Below are positions 7,511 to 14,318 of a DNA stretch of 14,318 nt, in pieces; the first letter of the stretch is position 1, and each line of letters begins with the position of its first letter. The translations under genes and the position numbers were made by a program. Where the stretch lies: the NCBI RefSeq assembly GCF_006345805.1, contig NW_021825839.1, forward strand, positions 1-14,318, written 5' to 3'. The stretch is from Octopus sinensis. Taxonomy: Eukaryota. The notes below the pieces were generated by a model. It was not told the origin of the DNA. It saw nothing but the letters and a program-made list of their open reading frames with translations, and ran no database searches.

Positions 7511-7884
7511 CCTTTGATCGAAACCTACGCCACCTTTTTTTTTATTAAAAAAAAAAAATTTTTACTTTATTTTTTTGGGGTTTTTTTTCATCCCCCAAAA
7601 GAAAAGCTCTACCTTGTAACTTGTCCCATCTGTGTGCAGCCCTGTGTGGCCAATAAAGAAACTTATCTACCTGTCTATCTAGCAATCTACACACACACAC
7701 ACACACAGCTTAAAACTCCGAGTAAATGTAATATAAATCAACGGCTTTATGCAAATTAATATACTACTACTGCCGTAACATGCACTGAGTACATTCACGT
7801 TGTGTCGTTCTAAAAGAGCGCGCCTTTATATCACTTGTCTTCAATGCTTGAGTGTGTGTGTGTGTGTGTGTGGTGTGTAGTTAT

Positions 7885-8290
7885 CCGTGGGAGAGGGGGA
7901 GTGAGAGAGAGAGAAAGGGAGAGGGAGAAATTAAAAGAGAGTGAATGAGAGATAGCGAGAGAGATGGAGAGATAGAAGAGGAGAGAGAGAGATTGGTAAA
8001 TAGAGACACATAAAGAGAGTTGGGTTGAGTTGATAGACAGCTAAAGTAAGACAGCAAGATTGACAGAGTAAAAGAGAGATAGATAGATAGGTGGATAGAG
8101 TAAGAGAGAAAGAAAGAGGGAGAGAGAGAGAGACTGATAGATAGATGGATAGAGTAAGAGAGAAAGAAAGAGGGAGAGAGAGAGAGACTGATAGATAGAT
8201 GGATAGAGTGAAAGGAAGAGAGAGATTGACAACTAGCGTATGAGATAGATAGATAAACAGATAGATAGATAGATAGATAGATAGATAAAC

Positions 8291-8322
<32 letters not shown>

Positions 8323-8715
8323 TAGATAGATAGATAGATAGATAGATGGATAGATAGATAGCTAATAGATAGATAGATAGATATAGAGATAAGAATATAC
8401 GATAGATATATAGATAGATGTGATGGATAGAGTAAGAGAGAAGAAAGAGGGAAGAGAGAGAGACTGATAAATGAAGAGAATGAAAGGAAGAGAGTGATTG
8501 ACAACTAGCGTATGAGACAGATAGATAGATAGATAAGAGAGTAGGAGAGAGATAAGGAGAGAAGAGTAGATAGAGAAGAGAGAGAGAGAGATGAGAGATG
8601 GGAGGCTGGTGGCACCACAGCTAAATATATATGTACTAGATATAATAATATATATATATCATATAGAGAGAGAGAGAGTGAGTGAGGAAGAGCAATTGAG
8701 TAAGAGAGAGATGAA
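7885..8715. repeat. Purine-strand (GA)n/(GATA)n satellite with 54-bp and ~270-bp higher-order duplications
   Basis: 54-bp period (unit starts 8093, 8147, 8201); unique marker GATTGACAACTAGCGTATGAGA at 8224 and 8496. Confidence 0.93.
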
Positions 8716-8723
8716 GTGATAAG

Positions 8724-8737
8724 GTTTCCATAGAAAC
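8724..8737. promoter_or_regulatory. Candidate RFX X-box motif GTTTCCATAGAAAC
   Basis: Fits the GTHNYY-AT-RRNAAC consensus and lies in non-repeat sequence; motif match only. Confidence 0.25.
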
Positions 8738-8997
8738 CAATAATACAATAGGGAAACTCAACAATAGCTGCGTGGTTGAGAGGAAAGTGTAACGAGTGTC
8801 TTATATGTCGGAGAGTGAGCGATGTGTTAAGGATATAATCACCACCCACCACATCACCACCACCACCCTCAGATGGGAGCAATGTTAACTGGGGATACGG
8901 AAGAGCGTTGCGCACGAAGCCGTACGTGGTTCGATTCCAGAACAGGGCTTTTGCGCGTTGAGTTTTATTTTTTGTTGTCTAGTTGTTTAGAAAAATA

Positions 8998-9147
8998 TCA
9001 GCTGTGTGGTTCAGATGCTCACTTTGTAACCACGTGGTTTCGGGTTCAGACCCACAGCACGGTACCTTGAGCAAGTGTCCATTAGAACCTCGGACCAACC
9101 GATACCTTATTAGTGAACTTGGTAGGGAAAACTGCGCGGAAGCTGTC

Positions 9148-9182
<35 letters not shown>

Positions 9183-9360
9183 CGCTTACACACACTACTT
9201 GAATACCGGTGTTGGTTTGTTCACGTCTTCATAATCTAGCTGTTTGGTGAAAATGCTAGAATTAAAATAAATCCTGGGATAGATTTGTTTGACTAAATCC
9301 GTTCAGGGAAGTGCTCAAGCATGGCCACATTGTAGTGATTGGAGCCGATGATAAAAGACA
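8998..9360 (+). mobile_element. SINE family C copy C5 (old, diverged)
   Basis: GCTGTGTGGTT head, CGGGTTCAGACCC B box, CCTTGAGCAAGTGT motif, internal (GT)n, tail GTGCTCAAGCATGGCCAC. Confidence 0.8.
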
Positions 9361-9375
9361 TCACATGCACTCATA

Positions 9376-9406
<31 letters not shown>

Positions 9407-9409
9407 CAC

Positions 9410-9515
9410 GCCGGGGCACCGCCTGGAGGGGTTTTACACGAGCCAATTATTTTCAGGTGTAATACTTACTCTATTGCCGTTCCCGAATCATACAGGTAAC
9501 AGCACGCAAACACAA
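9410..9515 (-). mobile_element. Degenerate 3' fragment of SINE family C
   Basis: GGGGCACCGCCTGGAGGGTTTTA resembles GGGGCACTACCTTGAAGGGTTTTA in C8. Confidence 0.5.
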
Positions 9516-9634
9516 CAAATAAAAGGAAAGAAGATAACAGAATGAAAAGATCACGTGTTACTTAAAGATTTTTATATATAAAAAAATAAAAGATTTTCGT
9601 ATGAAAAGAGTTTTAGTAAATGAAAAATAATATA

Positions 9635-10036
9635 CTAGCAGTATCGCCCGGCGTTGCTCGGGTTTGTAAGGGAAATAATTATATAAGCATTTTTAGAGAG
9701 TTATAGCCAAAAAGTAGCAAAAAAAATGCATTAAAAATGGAAAAAAAAATATGGTAAATTTTTTAAAAAATCGTAGACTCATCGTAGACATTTTTAGAGA
9801 GTTACTTCCCTTATATAATAGCGAAAAAATGCATTAAAATGGAAAAAAATGATGGTAAATTTTTTTTAAATCGTAGACCCATCGTAGACGCGCGCTAATA
9901 CCCAGAAGGGCTCGATATGAATCACGACTATAAGATACCCGGTTTTGGTTAAACTGCACCGCAAAATGTGGGAGTAGTTAGGAATCTAAATTGTAGGAGA
10001 CAGACACTCACACAACTACAGTTTTATATATAAAGA
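9635..10036 (-). mobile_element. Intact non-autonomous Helitron H3 (402 bp)
   Basis: Minus strand reads A|TCTTTATATATAAAACTG...CCCGAGCAACGCCGGG-CGATACTG-CTAG|T: 5' TC, 3' hairpin plus CTAG, inserted between A and T, no TSD. Confidence 0.93.
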
Positions 10037-10167
10037 TGTAAAAGAAATTTTGTTGTGCGAGAAAAATCTATTAAGAAAATCACTCACACATACCCAGAAA
10101 AATCTTGTCTGGGGATGTGTGAGTGGAAGAAGAAAATATTTGTTTGGTTCTGTTTCAGTGTGTAAGT

Positions 10168-10550
10168 GGAAGCACTCCGTCGGTTACGACGACGAGGGTT
10201 CCGGTTGATCCGAATCAACGGAACAGCCTGCTCGTGAAATTAACGTGTAAGTGGCTGAGCACTCCACAGACACGTGTACCCTTAACGTAGTTCTCGGGGA
10301 TATTCAGCGTGACACAGAGAGTCACAAGGCCGGCCCCTTGAAATACAGGTACAACAGAAACAGGAAGTAAGAGTGAGAGAAAGTTGTGGTGAAAGAGTAC
10401 AGCAGGGATCACCACCATTCCCTGCCGGAGCCTCGTGGAGCTTTAGGTGTTTTCGCTCAATAAACACTCACAACGCCCGGTCTGGGAATCGAAACCGCGA
10501 TCCTACGACCGCGAGTCCGCTGCCCTAACCACTGGGCCATTGCGCCTCCA
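10168..10550 (-). mobile_element. Full-length SINE type A1, second copy
   Basis: Reverse complement of 1312-1697; 12-bp TSD CAGTGTGTAAGT at 10156-10167 and 10551-10562. Confidence 0.96.
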
Positions 10551-10792
10551 CAGTGTGTAAGTAAACTAAATCGGTATATGCCAAGTTGGTGTGAGCTGGC
10601 GGGGGGGGGGGGATATTCCGCCTTTGTTTGAAAAAAATTCCTGTCAGCTAGAGAAGAAAACTTAATCACTAACATACAAAGAATCTATCAATCACTTAAT
10701 CAATAAACGAGAAAACCAATATCAACAAATATTAAAACAACTTTATAAAATGTCACAAGGTCAATAATTTCGAAGACTAAGTGTCTTAGTAA

Positions 10793-10963
10793 GTACTATC
10801 GACCCCTCTCCTCAGTATGTGAATGGTACTTTATTTTATCGCTCCTTGAAGGACGAAAGTAAAACTAACTTCAGCGGGGTTTGAACTCAGAGCGTAAAGT
10901 ACCGAAAAAAATGCTACTATATATTTTGTTCGACGCTCTAACGAATTTGCCAGCACATTGCCT
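10793..10963 (-). mobile_element. SINE family D, diverged copy
   Basis: GGTACTTTATTTTATCG...TTTGAACTCAGAGCGTAAAG...CTAACGAATTTGCCAGC aligns with the reverse complement of D1. Confidence 0.75.
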
Positions 10964-10994
10964 TCATGATATCCCGTTTAAAAACAAGGATAGG

Positions 10995-11151
10995 GATTTT
11001 TCGTGGAGGGGGTTAGTCTATCATCACTCTCAGTAATTGAATGGTACTAAATTTCATCAACCCCTTGAGGGACAAAAAGTTATGTTGATCTTCGTGTAAT
11101 TTGAAATCAGAATGTCAGGAACCGTAACTGAATGCTGCAAAGCATTCTGTC
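10995..11151 (-). mobile_element. SINE family D, highly diverged copy
   Basis: GGTACTAAATTTCATCAACCCC...ATTTGAAATCAGAATG...GCAAAGCATT. Confidence 0.6.
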
Positions 11152-11337
11152 TTTGGGGACATGTAGAGCCTTAAGATTATGCATTTTGTATGTGACATGT
11201 TGCGGTCCTAGGCGATCCATAAGTTTTAGGTAACACGAAGGGCTCTGAGGAAGCATTTTGTAGGTTATACGCAGAGCGCTGAGGTAACACTTTTATATGT
11301 GACCAGTAGGGTATCACTGTAATATTTTATTAGTGAT

Positions 11338-11741
11338 ATTACTCTTTTTTACTCTTTTACTTGTTTCAGTCATTTGACTGCGGCCATGCTGGAGCACCGC
11401 CTTTAATCGAGCAAGTCGACCCCGGGACTTATTCTTTTGCAAGCCCAGTACTTATTCTATCGGTCTCTTTTGCCGAACCGCTAAGTAACGGGGACATAAA
11501 CACACCAGCATCGGTTGTCAAGCAATGCTAGGGGGACACACACAAATACACACACGCATATATACATATATATATATATACATTATATACGAGGCTTCTT
11601 TCAGTTTCCGTCTACCAAATCCACTCACAAGGCTTTGTGGTCGGCCCGAGGCTATATAGTAGAAGCACTTGCCCAAGGTGCCACGCAGTGGGACTGAACC
11701 CAGAACCATGTGGTTGGTAAACAAGCTACTTACCACACAGC
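11338..11741 (-). mobile_element. SINE family C copy C6 (near full length)
   Basis: Colinear with C4 and C3. Confidence 0.95.
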
Positions 11742-11789
11742 GGTGATTAAAAACCATTGTTTTAAACCTGGTTTAAGAGCAACACCACC

Positions 11790-11846
11790 ACCACCAAGAC
11801 TAACCACTACCACCAAGACTAACCACTACCACCAAGACTAACCACT
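11790..11846 (+). repeat. 19-bp minisatellite x3 (ACCACCAAGACTAACCACT)
   Basis: Three perfect contiguous copies starting at 11790, 11809 and 11828. Confidence 0.95.
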
Positions 11847-12024
11847 AGGCATCATTTCATTGGTAGTACAAGGCAGAAACGTATTGCTCTGTGAATAATA
11901 AACTAGCTTCACGACTTAGTCGTTCCAGGTTCGGACGTGCTACAGCCCCAGGGTGACCATGAATATCTTATTTGGTTAAGGAAAGTTGCGCAAGAAATGG
12001 GGGAGGGGAACAAATCTCTAGAAG

Positions 12025-12090
12025 GTAGCTTGACACGCTAGAAACAGCAGTGACATTTCTTTAAATCACATCCTTTCGTCTTTGAAAAAA
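12025..12090 (+). mobile_element. Fragment of dispersed repeat family E
   Basis: Aligns with 1069-1132. Confidence 0.45.
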
Positions 12091-12161
12091 TGCACACGCT
12101 GACCACTATACATCTTATATATTATCTATATACATCTACGTATATACATATACATGCTAGC

Positions 12162-12318
12162 TGGCTGTGTGGTAAGAAGCTAGCTTACTAACCACATGGT
12201 TCCGGGTTCAGTCTCACTGCGTGGCACTTTGGGCAAGTGGCTTTTACTATAACCCTGGGTCGACCAAAGCCTTGTGAGTGGATTTGGTAGACACGGAAGC
12301 TGAAAGAAGCCCGTCGTG

Positions 12319-12365
<47 letters not shown>

Positions 12366-12564
12366 CCCACAATCGCTTTACAACCGATGTTGGTGTGTTT
12401 ATGTCGCCGTCCCTTAACTTAGTGGTTCGACAAAAGAACCCCATAGAATAAGTACTAGGTTTCCAAAAAGTAAGTCCAGACGTCGCTTTCTACAACTAAA
12501 ACCCTACATGGCGGGGCTCCAGCATGGCCGCACGCAGTCAAATGACTGACACAAGTAAAAGAAT
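12162..12564 (+). mobile_element. SINE family C copy C7
   Basis: A box TGGCTGTGTGG, B box GGTTCAGTCTC, internal (TA)(TG) microsatellite, tail CAGCATGGCCGCAC...ACAAGTAAAAGAATA. Confidence 0.93.
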
Positions 12565-12565
12565 A

Positions 12566-12874
12566 TTTGCTTCAATCTTTGGACTACGGCCAAGCTGGGG
12601 CACTACCTTGAAGGGTTTTAACCGAACAAATCGATTTCCAGAACGCATGCGTTTTTAAAGCGAGGTAAATTGTTCTATCCGGCTCTTTTGCTGAACCGCT
12701 ATGTTACAGTGTTACAGACACATAAACAAACCGACACCCGTTGTCAAGCGGAGGTGGACACACACACAGGTATGTATGTACACGACGAGTTTCTACTCAA
12801 GGTGCCGCGTAGTAGGACTGAACCCGAAAACGCGCGGTTGCAAAGCGAGCTTCTTAACTACATAACCATACCTG

Positions 12875-12875
<1 letters not shown>
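12566..12875 (-). mobile_element. SINE family C copy C8 (diverged, internal deletion)
   Basis: Tail abuts the C7 tail; jumps from ACGACGAGTTTCT to ACTCAAGGTGCC, lacking ~50 bp present in C4 and C6. Confidence 0.82.

Positions 12876-12905
<30 letters not shown>
12876..12905. repeat. (TA)15 at the centre of a 17-bp-arm inverted repeat
   Basis: Arms at 12859-12875 and 12909-12925. Confidence 0.95.
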
Positions 12906-12907
<2 letters not shown>

Positions 12908-12927
12908 CGCAGGTATGGTTATGTATG

Positions 12928-13282
12928 TTTTACCTTTTACTAGTTTCAGTCATTACACTGCGGCCATGCTGGGGCACCGCCTTACAAAATTCTTAGTCTT
13001 AAGCCTGGCACTTATTCTATCGATCTCTCTAGCCGAACTGCTATAAACGGGGACGTAAACAAACCAACACCAGTTGTCAAACGGTGGTGGGGCAAACATA
13101 CATATATACATACATACATATATAAATATATACGACGGGCTACTTTCAGTTTCCATCATCCAAATCTATCCACAAAGCTTTGATCGGTCTGAGGCTATAG
13201 CAGGAGGCACTTGCCCAAGGTGCCACGCAGTGGAACTGAATTCGGAACCATATGGTTTGGAAGCAAACTTCTTACTACATTA

Positions 13283-13285
<3 letters not shown>
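12928..13285 (-). mobile_element. SINE family C copy C9
   Basis: Tail CACTGCGGCCATGCTGGGGCACCGCC, internal (TACA)n, head CCCAAGGTGCCACGCAGTGGAACTGAA. Confidence 0.9.
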
Positions 13286-13321
<36 letters not shown>

Positions 13322-13417
13322 ACATTGGATGGTCATGGTCGGAACGCTTTTGATTCAACATCTGCTCTCAGCTGAGGCTGAATAGGGGCAAAGCAACAAC
13401 CGTAAACTTTTTCACAG

Positions 13418-13535
13418 ATATTTTATTTTATCGACCCCTGAATGAAACGAGACACCCTTTTTCCTCGGCAAATGAACCCAGAACGCGAAGTCCGTTGTGT
13501 AAATAGAAAACAAAAAACATTCTACCACGTGGTCG
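13418..13535 (-). mobile_element. SINE family D, degenerate fragment
   Basis: TTTTATCGACCCC...CCTCGGCAAATGAACCCAGAACG. Confidence 0.55.
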
Positions 13536-13564
13536 TGCATAATTAACATTAATTAGTCTTTCAA

Positions 13565-13787
13565 GGCGGCGAGCTGGCTGAAACATTAGCACCCCGGACG
13601 AAATGCGTAGCCGTATTTCGTCTGCCGTTACGTTCAGAGTTCAAATTCCGCCGAGGGTGACTTTGCCTTTCATCCTTTCGGGGTCGATAAATCAAGTACC
13701 AGTTGTGTACTGGGGTCGATCTAATCGACTGCCCCCCCACCCCTCCGCCAAAATTTCGGGCCTTGTGCCTAGAGCAAAAAAGAATAT
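13565..13787 (+). mobile_element. SINE family D copy D1 (full length)
   Basis: GGCGGCGAGCTGGC start, B box GAGTTCAAATTCC (13637-13649), core GCCTTTCATCCTTTCGGGGTCGATAAA..AGTACCAG, tail CCTTGTGCCTAG...AGAATA. Confidence 0.9.
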
Positions 13788-13794
13788 TAATTAG

Positions 13795-13985
13795 TCTGTC
13801 GAAATTCGTGGTGAGGGGTCTATTCTATTACATCAACCTTAGTGAGTGCCCAAACTGGTACTTAGTCTATCGATCCCGAAAGGATGAGAGGTAAAGTTGA
13901 CCTCGGCAGCATTTGAACTCAAAACGTAGAAAAATGGAAGAGGCTGTCGCCATGCGTTTTGTTTGATGTGTTAAAGTTTCTTCGT
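13795..13985 (-). mobile_element. SINE family D copy D2
   Basis: Reverse-complement match to D1, tail-to-tail with it. Confidence 0.8.
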
Positions 13986-14009
13986 TTTAGTTAATCCTTT
14001 CTGTGTGTG

Positions 14010-14194
14010 TGTTTGGGGAGGGTGAGTAGCCGATTAAATCGGCCCCCAATATCGACTAATATTTATCTTATCGATCCTGCATGATGACAGTCAAAGTCGA
14101 CCTCTGGAGAGTTTGAACTCCGCACTTAAAGACGGACGAAATGCCGCTAAGCATTTTGTCCGGCATGCTAACGATTCTACCTGCTGACCGCCTT
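14010..14194 (-). mobile_element. SINE family D copy D3
   Basis: GTCAAAGTCGACCTC...TTTGAACTC...GAAATGCCGCTAAGCATTTTGTCCGGCATGCTAACGATTC. Confidence 0.88.
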
Positions 14195-14195
14195 A

Positions 14196-14318
14196 ATATT
14201 TATAATAATAATAATCTTTTCTATTCTAGGCACAAGACCCGAAATTTTGGGGGAAGGGGCCAGTCGATTAGGTCGGCCCCAGTACGCAACTGGTACTTAA
14301 GTTATCGGCCCCGAAAAG
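14196..14318 (-). mobile_element. SINE family D copy D4 (3' part, cut by window edge)
   Basis: (TAA)n tail, CTAGGCACAAGACCCGAAATTTTGG...AACTGGTACTT..TATCGGCCCCGAAA. Confidence 0.88.

Noticed and set aside
7505-7530. CGATC/GATCG hairpin followed by AAAC
   Set aside because: No CUGANGA upstream, so not a hammerhead; a 5-bp stem is expected by chance.
7881-8504. 207-aa S/L/I/Y-rich ORF
   Set aside because: Reverse complement of the GA/GATA satellite.
8895-8965. B-box-like GGTTCGATTCC suggesting another SINE head
   Set aside because: No clear A box or matching body in the window, so too weak to annotate.
11790-11846. CRISPR-like direct repeats
   Set aside because: Repeats are contiguous with no spacers, there are no cas genes, and the context is eukaryotic.

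Overview
No intact protein-coding gene, rRNA, true tRNA or CRISPR array is supported. This is repeat-saturated eukaryotic non-coding DNA (intronic or intergenic), almost certainly from an octopus or other coleoid cephalopod, judging by the tRNA-derived SINE families and microsatellite load. Contents: (1) two young TSD-flanked copies of a ~385-bp tRNA-derived SINE, plus two relatives that each share exactly one half with it; (2) about ten copies of a SINE with an internal microsatellite (family C); (3) about seven copies of another SINE (family D); (4) three non-autonomous Helitrons, one with perfect A|TC...CTAG|T ends and one carrying an extra 217-bp segment; (5) the 3' end of a restriction-like-endonuclease (R4/Dong/Rex6-type) non-LTR retrotransposon embedded in (CA)n; (6) a ~210-bp repeat containing a minimal type I hammerhead-ribozyme fold typical of Penelope-like elements and retrozymes; (7) many micro- and minisatellites. 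The hammerhead motif, the RLE relic and the modular SINE shuffling are the most interesting signals. Nearly all ORFs in the supplied track are artefacts of microsatellites or SINEs. Family labels A1, A2, B1, C, D and E are my working names, and boundaries of degenerate copies are approximate.
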